This document shows positions 10,849 to 25,800 of a stretch of 64,000 bases of DNA, piece by piece; positions within the stretch are counted from its first letter, which is position 1, and each line of letters begins with the position of its first letter. The stretch is from Macrostomum lignano (lineage: Eukaryota), in assembly GCA_002269645.1 (NCBI GenBank), contig NIVC01003838.1, positions 1 to 64,000 on the forward strand, given 5' to 3'. A model generated the notes under the pieces. The model saw only the letters and a program-made list of their open reading frames with translations. It was not told where the DNA came from and searched no databases. A program made the position numbers and the translations under genes.

Positions 10849-11106
10849 ATGTCTATTGCACACCTTATCAACTGGTCCCATCTGCCAGTGGATAGTCTCG
10901 ACGGCGTTACATCTACCGAATATTCTTTCCTTGCGGAGCTGAGCAGTGTTGATCACCGAGAAGATGCCCAACTGGAGGACTTTATCCATTTCATTACCTA
11001 TCATTCACGCTCTGAAGATCAGCTGCTTGGTGTCGTTCTACCGGACGTCGAAGAAGGAAAAGATTTAATTGCTACGGACAGCATGGATTGTCATTGCTTA
11101 ACTTAA
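10849..11106 (+). pseudogene. Truncated N-terminus of a divergent Crypton YR
   Basis: INWSHLPVDSLDGV...DAQLEDFIHF aligns with INWKNIPVDSLNGV...DQALSDFIKW of the 3399 ORF. Hairpin remnant TAATGGCCATACTCGTGTTATGGCCATTA at ~11180-11210. Confidence 0.7.
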
Positions 11107-11504
11107 ATTAAATTATTATAATTGGCTACTAGTATGCTTTATATACAATGCAATTAGATAGTATGTTACAGCGTTACTCGTAATGGCCATACTCGTGTTA
11201 TGGCCATTATTTTACTCCGTAACATACAATATAATCTACCATTGCTGATTTCAGCAATTGGCCATTTAGCGAGGGGGAGGCCGCTATCTCAATAAACGCT
11301 CAGACCAAGACCGTTCGCCTAATAAAGTTGAACCAACCATACTACAGACACTCTGCGTGGACAGTCAGAGGAATTGGACCATTTTCAAGAACAAACCATG
11401 CAGACATTTGCTTTGGACACTTGTACTCTAAACACTTGCCCCTGGATCGTGGACACTCAGCGCCGAGTCAATGCTCACCCTATGGACCCAACTCCGGCCT
11501 GTTA

Positions 11505-11900
11505 AACCTCACCTCCAGCCTGCACCACCCCACTAGCCTGCACCACCCCACCTCCAGCCTGCACCACCCCACCACCAGCCTGCACCACCCCACCTCCAGC
11601 CTGCACCACCCCACCTCCAGCCTGCACCACCCCACCTCCAGCCTGCACCACCCCACCACCAGCCTGCACCACCCCACCTCCAGCCTGCACCACCCCCACC
11701 TCCAGCCTGCACCACCCCACCTCCAGCCTGCACCACCCCCACCTCCAGCCTGCACCACCCCACCTCCAGCCTGCCCTACCCCACCTCCAGCCTGCACCAC
11801 CCCACCTCCAGCCTGCACCACCCCACCAGCCTGCACCACCCCACCTCCGGCCTGTCCCACCCCACCTCCCACCCTACCCCTGGCCTGCCACACCCCATCT
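11505..11900. repeat. ~21-bp C-rich minisatellite (CACCTCCAGCCTGCACCACCC)
   Basis: Direct reading of tandem units. Confidence 0.9.
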
Positions 11901-12156
11901 CCAGTCTGCCCCACTTCAGCTCCACTGCTTTAAAACTCAAGTCTAAGTCCTCGTCGCTTAAAGTGGACCCTTTAATTCCTTTTACTCACACAGATTAGAT
12001 AATTTCTGTACTGATAGTTTTAGCTATCTTACTGCTTTTTGATCAACTGGTTACAATCAGTTCATACACTGTTCGGGACAGCTGCCCTATGCTACACAAA
12101 TTAGTCAGTTAACTCTTCTAAAACTGCACGTTTTTCACCAACAACTCACATTTCAG

Positions 12157-14889
12157 ATGCAGTCTCAGCGACTCAGAGCTGAGCGAGCAGCTGCACTCAG
12201 CACTGGAGCAGCCAGGCTTCACCGAATCCCGAGCCGCATTGCCGATGTCCTGCAGCAGATTCTGAGAAGTCGACTCAGATACGATGACTTTTTTATCGTC
12301 GGCAGCTACTCAGAAGGCTGGGGCAACAGCCTGACGACACTGGACGGCAGAACTGACGCCAATTCCGACATTGATGTGATGATGTTGCTTCCCGGCCGAG
12401 AATACCACCAGAGAGGCCTGTGCGAGTGCGATGGAGCTCCGGAGCAGCACGAGTTTGTGAACGGGCACATTCAGTGCTCAGGATTCGGTGAGTTCTCTCT
12501 TGGGGGTGAAATGGTCTGTGAGTTCTGTTATTAGAATTATTCTGTTATTCCGCTAGAGATTCTGGCAGTGCAGACGTTTGCTTTTTGCGCGTAAGGCATT
12601 GGTGCAGAAAATATTCTGTACGCGATGGCTGAGCTCAGTAAGCAGATCTAAACAAGAGCCTGACTGTCCTGACAGTCTGGGTTGGCAAATTCCATTTATT
12701 ATGCACAAGCTGTTGAAACCTGCGGATTTTTAACCCGCTGAAATTCAATCTCCACTGGAGCCCAGAAACCAAATTTACTCAAAGCTCGTTTCACATCTAT
12801 CCTAACTATTAACAAGTTTAGTTTGAGCTTGACTTCAGATTTCAGAAACTGTTTAAAGTGTTCACAGCAACTAAGCAGAGTAGGCATGCAAAACATCAGC
12901 AAAACCAATAAGCAACATATGTGAGGAGTGATAAAATATAATTTAGTATTGAAAGTGCAAATTGACAGTAGAAGTTCCTGTTTCAGAAGGTTCTCAACAA
13001 ATGGTTCAACCATATCCTTGAGTTCCGTGTGCTGGGGTTGGTCTATTCTGGCAAGAATGTAAGAAAACTCGACAAGATTGTTGGTGTCAAATTTGAGTAG
13101 CATTGGTAAAAGTGGAGCAACGCTATGGAGGGTTAAGTGAAATATTACGCACTTTAGCAGTTTTTGCACTTTTAGGTAAGAGGACTCAAATTAAGGGAAT
13201 TCTAAGGTAGTCTGAGACCTCCGCAGTGAGTTTAGGGTGCAAAATATCGAGTCATTTGGTTGAGCGGTTTGCGTGTCCATAGCAAAGTTTCACAACAAAT
13301 TTCACATACTCAGACAGACAGGGTTCTTTCCTAATTATTCCAAACTAAAACTAATTATTCCACTGCACAGACTCAAAGCTGCATATTGCTCAATCGGGAA
13401 CCAAATCGTTTTTACAGCCTCCAATCCTGCTCATGCGACACGCGGATGCACACTGAGGCCAGCGCTGGACGATGTCTCCGCATGCCGTCTCTGCCGCTAC
13501 CCGCCCATCGCGCCGCTGCAGCCAAACCGCGTCTCCAACATCCCCCATCCGGTGCTGGAGGCCCTCCGCAAGGCTCTCACCTCCGCCTCATCGCCCTGCC
13601 ACGTGGTGCACGCAGCCTCTCCTGACCGAGGCGGCGAAGAGCTCCGCGTGAGCACCAGCTTCCTGGAGAACCGGATGCTGCGAAGTCTCTCTACCCTGCA
13701 AGGTCAACTGTTTGTCACGCTGAAATACCTGGTCAAGAAGGTCATCTGTCACAAGAATGGCTTCAATCAGCAAGGCTTGAAGTCCTACCACGTGAAGACC
13801 ATCACCTTCCGAATGGTGGACGACACGCCGGTCGAGCAGTGGAAGAAGGAGAACCTCGTGAGTCTCACGAGACAGTCGCTGCAGATGCTGCTCGACTGTG
13901 TGGAGAAGAGCCGAGAGCAGGACAGACAAACACCTGACAAACCTGACCGATCTCGGGGTCGCATCATGAATCATTTCTTTCTCAGCGATGCGGCCATCTA
14001 CCTCAAGGGTGCGGACAAGGAGAGAGTGGACCAGCATTTGGACGGCATCATGAGCACACTGAGAACAGTAATCGATCGGCTGCCCCAACTGCTGCAGCAG
14101 TTCATCGGCAGTCTCAGACCTGTGAGCGACTCAGGCACATTCTACTTCCACCCGTTCCAAATCCTGCCGGATCTGAGTCCGATGCCACTCACAGAGTCCA
14201 GTGCTCTCGAGTACTATCAGATCTACGACGTGGTGAGAGAGTGTCTGGTGCGTCTCTCTTGCAGTGACTGCAGCCCGCGATCTCAGGAGTCGCTCACAGA
14301 GCTGATTGCCAGACTGCCAGACTGCGCCCTCTCAGCACGGGAGGCTCTCAGAGCGCTGGCTTGCCTGAAGTTCGGCTACCGAGGAACTGCAGAGAGAGTC
14401 GTGAGCTCGTGCTCAGGTCACTCGGTTAGCAGAGGCATCGCTTGGTCTCGTGAGAAGTCGGCGACTGAAGCGACTGAGGAGTTCGTGATGCGGCATCTGA
14501 GGAGCCACGACACGGCATGGAAGTTCTGCTTCAAGTTCGACCAGCGACCGAAACTCGAATTCTTGCCAGGAGCTCTGAGGGAGTGCTTTCCCCTCCGGTT
14601 GTCGGGCAGTACTGACAATTTCTACATGAACTTCGACGCTCTGCTGTGGGCTCTGCGGCTCGAGCTGCGGACTGATGGAGAAGCGCGCGCTCAGGACTGG
14701 ATCCGGGATGTGGCTGAGAGAGAGGACTCGGATGAGCAGGAGCTGCAGGTTGCCTCTTTTTATGCTTCGAATCGGGAGCAGCTTCAGGAAATATCAAAGA
14801 AGCTGAAGATGATGGAAGCAGTTCTTCCTGATGGGCTGAAGAAGAGACTGCTGGAAAAATGGCAGTTTTTAAGGGCTGTTTGGCAGTGA
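12157..14889 (+). CDS. cGAS-like receptor / Mab-21-family nucleotidyltransferase, exons 12157-12487 and 13418-14889 (~600 aa)
   Basis: NTase motif VGSYSEGW...SDIDVM; third acidic residue in ALDDVSAC; Mab-21 motifs LRVSTSFLENRMLRSL, LKYLVK, GLKSYHVKT, NHFF. Phase-1 intron TTCG|GTGAGT...TTTACAG|CC restores GCC in frame. The true 5' end is uncertain. Confidence 0.85.
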
Positions 14890-16018
14890 AAACTGTAGGA
14901 AGTTTTTTTAGTACATAAAAACTTTTTTGGCCCAGATGATGAGCTGGTAATTAATATATCTTATTTATGAACTCTTTTTCATCCTTAATAGCTTTAACTA
15001 AAACTGTTTTACTTGTGAGCTGGTGGTTAATTAGCTACGAGTATCTAAAGAATTCTAAAGCATTCTACTACTGAAGCCACTGAAGCCAATTATGAAGCCA
15101 CTGAAAAGTTTCACTAATGAACAATAATGGCAGTGCCATTGTCGTTGAATTCGTTGGAAATTCCGATGTTTATAACAAAGTTGTCAGTTCAACCTTATTT
15201 GAGCCAGAATATGTACATAAATTTTCTCATTAATAAATTTATCCAATTCCGCTTTCGTTTGCAGTTAACTGACGGCTTTGGCTACTCAATATTCACAGTT
15301 TCAAGTCTTTTAAATATTGTTCTGTGTTAGTTTAAATGCTTGGTAATCATATACAGAAGCTGGAGATGATGAGAGCCCATTAGAGACCTCCTGCTCATGC
15401 TCATTGTCTGCGGGACAAGTGCAAGTGAAAATGTGGCCCAGATTAGCAAGTCTTTATTCTCTCAGTCCTTGGCTCGCTGTGTCAGAGGGCGTCATGCAGG
15501 CACAAAGGCCCAAAACAGATCAGAACAGAAGATCAAAGCAAAGTTGTGCGACCGAGGACCGGAAAGAGTTCGAAGTGCGGATTGTAAAGATGATCAACCT
15601 GATTAGAAAGTCTGGTGACATCCAGTTTAAACATATATCTGGTTTGCCCTGTCACTGGTGGCCTGGGCTGGCACGAGGTAAGTCGGTACAGATGGACCAG
15701 GGGTGCCACACTTGCTGATCAAAAAAATAAGATAGATGGGCCACTTCACTAAATGCATTCTTACCAAGGACTGCTAAGCAAACAAACAATTTAAGTAATT
15801 TTAAGTAGTCCTTGCTCCTTACATAGTCTGTGTTTCTCCAGAGCTTCAACTGTTCAAAAACTGCAGTTAAACAAATATATTTTGTACGGCGGCTTTTGAC
15901 GAACACACGAAGGGTTTGTAACGCAATTTAAATATAAACAGAAAAATTGCAAATTAAAACTGTTTTGCTGAAGCCGGCTATGGTGCAAGTGGGAGGGCGC
16001 CGGCGCTTAAGCGGCAGA

Positions 16019-17730
<1,712 letters not shown>

Positions 17731-17829
17731 ATAACAGGGAGGTAAAATTGTGCAGATAAGGCTATAAAAGAAGATCCAAAATAAAGTTATTAATAATCGC
17801 TGTAAAAATCAAACGCAGCATTGTAGCAA

Positions 17830-19270
17830 AAGATTTCGTGAGACAGAGCAGCTGTTTAGCGAGCCCGAAGTCAGCCAGCCTCACACAGCGGATAGATTCT
17901 GCAGCGATGTCGAGGACCTGCTCAGGGACAGTTCGACTTGCTTTTGCACTGCGGGCATAAAAATAGAAAATTCTTGTTTGATTCCGGATTTGCAACAGCT
18001 GTTGCAAGTTTGGTCTGGGGACAAATTAGACAATTTAATTGCATCTTGTATTCGGCGCCACACCTGCGGTTCTGTTACCCCCCCCCCCCATGAGGTGGAA
18101 ATTCAGGAAGCGTTCAGGAGGCTCCAGGAAGCATCAACTCGTCAGAGTTTTCGGGGCGTTGAGGAATTTTTGAAGAACGGAGTGATTTCCCCGGACACAG
18201 TTCTTCTCAAAACTTCACAGATGCTATGCCTCGTATACTCACCGGACACAATCCCCACCGGACAGCCCGCACTCACCGGACACAATCTCCGCCGGACAGC
18301 CCGCACTCACCGGACACAATCCCCGCCGGACAGCCCGCACTCACCGGACACAATCCCCACCGGACAGCCCGCACTCACCGGACACAATCTCCGCCGGACA
18401 GCCCGCACTCACCGGACACAATCCCCACCGGACAGCCCGCACTCACCGGACACAATCCCCACCGGACAGCCCGCACTCACCGGACACAATCCCCACCGGA
18501 CAGCCCGCACTCACCGGACACAATCCCCGCCGGACAGCCCGCACTCACCGGACACAATCCCCACCGGACAGCCCGCACTCACCGGACACAATCCCCACCG
18601 GACAGCCCGCACTCACCGGACACAATCCCCGCCGGACAGCCCGCACTCACCGGACACAATCCCCGCCGGACAGCCCGCACTCACCGGACACTCGGACGCC
18701 GCGGCCAACCGTGTCAATCAGGGTGTAGCGGTCCAGATGCCGGCTAATGGAAATCCCAGACCGGTGGAATCCCCTCCTGGCCAGGCTGTCCATCCGGCAG
18801 TGCTCCGGCCAGGCCAGCCGGTGCTCTCCGGACAGGGCCGGCAGTCCGTCCTTGCCGCCACCGCCGCCGGCCGCCCCGGACAGTCGAGCCCAGTCGCGGC
18901 TGCCGATGTAGCTTGGCCGGCCGCCGGCCGAGGAGGCGGCGAGTTTCGGCTCGGTTCTCGACCGAGTCATGAAGCTGAACGGGGCGGGGTACCTCGACTG
19001 CTCGGCAGCTGGTTCGACGGCCAGGAGGTCGTCCGGCGCCGTGGGGGTCAGTATCGTCACCCGACGCTTTCCGGAGGCTTTCGCGGGCGCTGCTGCGTCG
19101 GCTCCGGCCGAGCCGTGTCGCTGGTCGATGGCCAGCAGCAGGGCGGGGCTGCGGCTGGAGCTGCCGCCGGGTGTGCAGATGACGTTGTCGCGTCCGGGCA
19201 CGAACTCTCTGTGGGTTGGGGAGTTCGGCAGCTTGTTGCAGTGCTGGGATGTGGGGTGTGGGAGCTTTAG
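17830..19270 (-). pseudogene. Protein-kinase-like fragments (subdomain I-like exon end and a DFG-containing piece)
   Basis: GC-rich exon ~19266-18685 ends ...RYTLIDTVGRGVRVS|GTGAGT; ~17920-17830 reads CVRLADFGLAKQL. The intervening subdomains were not found. Confidence 0.35.
18236..18692. repeat. 34-bp minisatellite containing the duplicated exon end and splice donor
   Basis: Unit TCACCGGACACAATCCCCACCGGACAGCCCGCAC; on the minus strand each unit has GTGTCCG|GTGAGT. Confidence 0.92.
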
Positions 19271-19838
19271 TTCGTCTGTTTGTTTTGTTGTGGTTGCTGC
19301 CCGGTTGACTATGAGAGAGCGGACGGGTATGTGAGGATAGGTAGATAGACAGGTAGATCGACAGGTAGATAGACAGGTAGACAGACAGGTAGATAGACAG
19401 GTAGAGAGACAGGTAGAGAGATAGGTAGACAGACAGGTAGATGTTTAAACGGGATATACAGATAGGTGAACGGACAAGTAGGTGGACAGGTAGGCACAGC
19501 AGGAGAGAACGGCGTAGTGAAAATGTTGATGGAGGTGAGGCACCGGGATGCAGGCAAGATCGAAATCAGAAACAAAAATATAACACCAGATTCATCCTAA
19601 TCTCAAAAAAGATTCTGCAACATCTGTTATCTAAGAAATCATCTTTGCCACACAGATAAACCGTTTACTCAACTGAGATATGAAGGGTAAATGGCAAGAC
19701 CTATATTGTATTCATATCAGACAAAGCCCAGATGTTAATATTGTGAATCGATTTTTACACGTAACTCTGGCAATCGTTAAAGGTGTGGTACGTAAGGTAC
19801 CAAATAACTTCTGTGTTAAGTGAATTTATGAGCTCAGC

Positions 19839-22800
19839 TCAATACAATTTGGTGACAAAAAACCGACTAGAATTTGTTAGAACATTAGCAACTCGATTAT
19901 AAAAGTGCTTGATGTACTTTTCTCCTGTTTCAAGCCGATTCAGGCCATAGACTATCTGTCTAGCCCGCCTGTTAGCTGGCTCAGTATCAACTGGCTGAAT
20001 TTTCGGCAGATTTAGCAGCATCTTTAGAATCCGATGATCGTCTAGGAGGCTGTGAAATTCGATTCCAGTTTCAGTTAAAAAATTGGACTCAAGACCCACC
20101 ACCCCATTTTCTCCACTCCAGACCCACCACCAAATTTTCTCCAACCCAGACCCACCACCCTATTTTCGTCACCCCAGACCCCACCATCCCATTTTCCACT
20201 CCAGACCCACCACCCTATTTTCTGCACCCACACCCAGCACCCCATTTTCTGCACTCCAGACCCACCACCCCATTTTCTCCACTCCAGACCCACCACCCAT
20301 TTTCTGCACTCCAGACCCACCACCCCATTTTCTCCAACCCAGACCCACCACCCCATTTTCGTCATCCCAGACCCCACCATCCCATTTTCCACTCCAGACC
20401 CACCACCCCATTTTCTGCACTCCAGACCCACTACTTTGTCTTCACCCTAGACCCACCAGCCCATTTTCTTCTCTCCAGACCGACCACCCCATTTTTCCGA
20501 CAGCCACTGTTACTTACTCGTACAATCCAGTGTGCTGCGGCAGCAGCGGCTGTCGTCCACTCTGCTGACTCAACCGGCCTCCTTTGTCCAAGCGACTGTC
20601 AACTAAGAGCACATCGGGCAGCTGCTGCAGTGGAGACTTAAATGTAAGAAAGGGAAGAAGTACTGCAAATTTTATCTTTTTTACTTCAAAATTCACACCT
20701 ATCTACTATTAGTATTCTAGGTGATAAGAATTTACCAGACACTGGAAATTAAAACTCAAATTCACTCAGACTCATTCACAGACTGGTCACACCTTGATGC
20801 TCACCTGTCTCCAAGTGCCAGTGCTGCTACTTCTGCTATCAGTTCTGATGTCGCTCCGTCCACTGTGATTGGCTGATCGATTTTTCCTCACTGATGCCGT
20901 GCTTGGCCGGGCTCTGAGTTCCACGGTGACGCTGCCGCTGTCGGGCGCTCCTTCGGCGCCACGGCTGCCACCTGCGCTGCCACTGCCGCTGCCGCTGCCG
21001 CTGCTGCTGCCGCTGCTGTCGCTGCGCTGTTGCTGCTCTTCACTGAGCACCGTCAGAGGCGGCTGATGCTGCTGAACGGGCGGCTGCTGCTGCAGCTGCT
21101 GTAGATTCTGCGATGAGGCTTCGAGACTGTCCGAAGTCAGCGTCGTCCGAGTGGCATCCCGGCCAGGTGCGTGATGGCGGTCTGGATGGGTAGGGACAGT
21201 GTCTATAGATCTAGTGTGTGATCTATAGATCTAGTGTGTGATCTATAGATCTAGTGTGTGATCTATAGAATCTAGTGTGTGATCTATAGAATCTAGTGTG
21301 TGATCTATAGAATCTAGTGTGTGATCTATAGAATCTAGTGTGTGATCTATAGATCTAGTGTGTGATCTATAGAATCTAGTGTGTGATCTATAGATCTAGT
21401 GTGTGATCTATAGATCTAGTGTGTGATCTATAGATCTAGTGTGTGATCTATAGATCTAGTGTGTGATCTATAGAATCTAGTGTGTGATCTATAGAATCTA
21501 GTGTGTGATCTATAGAATCTAGTGTGTGATCTATAGAATCTAGTGTGTGATCTATAGATCTAGTGTGTGATCTATAGAATCTAGTGTGTGATCTATAGAA
21601 TCTAGTGTGTGATCTATAGAATCTAGTGTGTGATCTATAGATCTAGTGTGTGATCTATAGATCTAGTGTGTGATCTATAGATCTAGTGTGTGATCTATAG
21701 AATCTAGTGTGTGATCTATAGAATCTAGTGTGTGATCTATAGAATCTAGTGTGTGATCTATAGATCTAGTGTGTGATCTATAGATCTAGTGTGTGATCTA
21801 TAGAATCTAGTGTGTGATCTATAGATCTAGTGTGTGATCTATAGATCTAGTGTGTGATCTATAGATCTAGTGTGTGATCTATAGAATCTAGTGTGTGATC
21901 TATAGAATCTAGTGTGTGATCTATAGAATCTAGTGTGTGATCTATAGATCTAGTGTGTGATCTATAGATCTAGTGTGTGATCTATAGATCTAGTGTGTGA
22001 TCTATAGAATCTAGTGTGTGATCTATAGAATCTAGTGTGTGATCTATAGAATCTAGTGTGTGATCTATAGATCTAGTGTGTGATCTATATAATCTAGTGT
22101 GTGATCTATAGATCTAGTGTGTGATCTATAGATCTAGTGTGTGATCTATAGAATCTAGTGTGTGATCTATAGAATCTAGTGTGTGATCTATAGAATCTAG
22201 TGTGTGATCTATAGATCTAGTGTGTGATCTATAGATCTAGTGTGTGATCTATAGATCTAGTGTGTGATCTATAGATCTAGTGTGTGATCTATAGAATCTA
22301 GTGTGTGGTCTATAGAATCTAGTGTGTGATCTATAGAATCTAGTGTGTGGTCTATAGAATCTAGTGTGTGATATATAGAACCCAGTTTGTAATCCATAGA
22401 ATCTAGTTTTGGATCTATAGAATCGATCGCTTTTAATCTGTAGAAACTGGGCTCTATCAAGGTTTTCTAATTTACAGTCAGTCTGCAGAATCTGTCACTC
22501 CAATCTACAGAGTCTGTCACCCCAATCTACAGAATCTGTCACCTCAATCTACAGAACCTGTCACCCTAATCTACAGAACCTGTCATCCCAATCTACAAAA
22601 TCTGTCACCCTCAATCTACAGAATCTGTCACCCTAATCTACAGAACCTGTCACCCCAATCTACAGAACCTGTCACTCTAATCTACAGAACCTGTCACTCT
22701 AATCTACAGAACCTGTCACCCAAATCTACAGAATCTGTCACTCTAATTTACAGAACCTGTCACTCTAATCTACAGAATCTGTCACCCCAATCTACAGAAT

Positions 22801-25800
22801 CTGTCACCCCAATCTACAGAACCTGTCACCCCAATCTACAGAATCTGTCACCCTAATCTACAGAATCTGTCACCCTAATCTACAGAACCTGTCACCCAAA
22901 TCTACAGAATCTGTCACTCTAATTTACAGAACCTGTCACTCTAATCTACAGAACCTGTCACCCCAATCTACAGAACCTGTCACCCCAATCTACAGAATCT
23001 GTCACCCCAATCTACAGAATCTGTCACCCTAATCTACAGAATCTGTCACTCTAATCTACAGAACCTGTCACCCCAATCTACAGAATCTGTCACCCCAATC
23101 CACAGAACCTGCAGCTCAGTCTCACCCCAAGCGGTCAGGCTGGTGACCTCGCTGCTCCCCAGCCCCGAGTCCGCAAAACTGGCCGCTCTAGCGGGTCTCT
23201 TCGCTCGCGCAGCCTCCTTGACAGAAGATGCAGCTGATGAGGTCCTTTCCTGCTCCGTCTCAACTTTTTCCTCCGCAGCCTCCTTCTCAGCTTCATCCGG
23301 GTTTTGAGGCAGGTTTTTCAACCGAACCATCAGGTCGCTTTTGAACAGCTGCACCACCGGCTCGTCCCGTGCCAGCAGCGCCTCCTCATCCTGTCTGACC
23401 ATCCCGGAAGATTCTCGAGAGGCCAAAGCCAGGGCGGAGTCGGCGGCGGCTGCAGAGGACTTCACAGCTTCAGCCTTCGCCGCTTCGGCAGCTGCGGCGG
23501 TGGCGGCAGCGGCAGCGGCGGCCGCGGCAGCCTCTTGAAGGCGGACATCGAGTTCTTGACGAACGGTGTTCCACCTCTGAAGTGGTGAAGGAGTGGGATT
23601 GGAATTGAATTAGCAATCCATCTGAGATAGATTAGCAATCCCATGTGAGATAGATTAGCAATCCATCTGAGATAGATTAGCAATCCCATGTGAGATAGAT
23701 TAGCAATCCCATGTGAGATAGATTAGCAATCCATCTGAGATAGATTAGCAATCCCATCTGAGATAGATTAGCAATCCCATGTGAGATAGATTAGCAATCC
23801 ATGTGAGATAGATTAGCAATCCATGTGAGATAGATTAGCAGTCCATGTGAGATAGATTAGCAATCCATGTGAGATAGATTAGCAGTCCATGTGAGATAGA
23901 TTAGCAGTCCATGTGAGATAGATTAGCAATCCATGTGAGATAGATTAGCAATCCATGTGAGATAGATTAGCAATCCCATGTGAGATAGATTAGCAATCCA
24001 TGTGAGATAGATTAGCAATCCCATGTGAGATAGATTAGCAATCCATGTGAGATAGATTAGCAGTCCATGTGAGATAGATTAGCAATCCCGTGTAAAATAG
24101 ATTAGCAATCCATGTGAGATAGATTAGCAGTCCATGTGAGATAGATTAGCAGTCCATGTGAGATAGATTAGCAATCCATGTGAGATAGATTAGCAATCCA
24201 TGTGAGATAGATTAGCAATCCCATGTGAGATAGATTAGCAATCCATGTGAGATAGATTAGCAATCCCATGTGAGATAGATTAGCAATCCATGTGAAATAG
24301 ATTAGCAGTCCATGTGAGATAGATTAGCAATCCCGTGTAAAATAGATTAGCAATCCATGTGAGATAGATTAGCAATCCCGTGTGAAATAGATTAGCAATC
24401 CATGTGAAATAGATTAGCTATTCACTCTGTTCCCACGTTCACCTCTTTCAGTCTGGCGATATCCTTGTAGCCCAGGAACTCCAGCAGATCAACGGTTTGA
24501 TCTCCTTTGATGAGCATCAGCTTGAGTCGCTGCTCAGACAGAACGCCAGCTTCCTCGCTCTGTTCGAATATGGTTGCCATGTGACTGATGAGCTGATCCT
24601 CCACGGATTTGTGTAGTTCTGGCTCGAGATCTAGTTGCCTGCGATTTGAAGCCGGGGTAGACGGGGAGTTAAGTTAAGTAAACATAGACACTGACTTGGT
24701 GGAAATGAGAATTGAGTAGAGTGGTGAGTAGAGTGGTGAGTAGAGTGGTTAGTAGAGTGGTGAGTAGAGTGGTGAGTAGAGTGGTAAGTAGATTGGTGAG
24801 TAGATTGGTGAGTAGAATAGTAAGTAGATTGCTGAGTAGATTGGTGAGTAGAGTGGTGAGTAGAGTGGTGAGTAGAGTGGTGAGTAGAGTGGTGAGTAGA
24901 GTGGTGAGTAGAGTGTTGAGCAGAGTGGTGAGTAGAGTGGTGAGTAGAGTGGTGAGTAGAGTGGTAAGTACAGTGGTGAGTACAGTGGTGAGTAGAGTGG
25001 TGAGTAGAGTGGTAAGTAGAGTGGTGAGTAGAGTGGTGAGTAGAGAGGTGAGTAGAGTGGTGAGTAGAGTGGTGAGTAGAGAGGTGAGTAGAGTGGTAAG
25101 TAGAGTGGTGAGTGGAGAGGTGAGTAGAGTGTTGAGTAGAGTGGTGAGTAGAGAGGTGAGTAGAGTGGTAAGTAGAGTGTTGAGTAGAGTGGTGAGTAGA
25201 GTGGTGAGTAGAGAGGTGAGTAGAGTGTTGAGTAGAGTGGTGAGTAGAGAGGTGAGTAGAGTGTTGAGTAGAGTGGTTAGTAGAGTGGTGAGTAGAGTGG
25301 TGAGTAGAGTGGTGAGTAGAGTGGTGAGTAGAGTGGTGAGTAGATTATTGAGTAGAGTGGTGAGTAGAGTGGTGAGTAGAGTGGTGAGTAGAGTGGTGAG
25401 TAGAGTGGTGAGTAGAGTGGTGAGTAGAGTGGTGAGTAGATTGGTGAGTAGAATAGTAAGTAGATTGGTGAGTAGATTGGTGAGTAGAGTGGTGAGTAGA
25501 GTGGTGAGTAGAGTGGTGAGTAGAGTGGTGAGTAGATTATTGAGTAGAGTGGTGAGTAGAGTGGTGAGTAGAGTGGTGAGTAGAGTGGTGAGTAGAGTGG
25601 TGAGTAGAGTGGTGAGTAGAGTGGTGAGTAGAGTGGTGAGTAGAGTGGTGAGTAGAGTGGTGAGCAGAGTGGTGAGTAGAGTGGTGAGTAGAGTGGTGAG
25701 AACAATCACTCACCTCTTAATATCCCGCACTCTGTCGCACATGGCCAGGTGATCCCAGCCGCTAACTGTAAACTTCATCAACGTGAGCAGGCCCCTAGTA

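Noticed and set aside
12699-13169. 156-aa minus-strand ORF in the cGLR intron
   Set aside because: AT-rich, no motifs, lies within a phase-consistent intron.
17978-19270. 430-aa plus-strand ORF
   Set aside because: Composed of the 34-bp repeat plus the antisense of a GC-rich minus-strand exon; no recognisable motifs.
24669-25752. 346-aa ORFs on both strands (TLLT/VSRV repeats)
   Set aside because: Translation of a stop-free 12-bp intronic minisatellite. The same applies to the long ORFs at 16-17.7, 27.6-29.4, 40.4-41.8, 50.2-50.9 and 62.9-63.9 kb.
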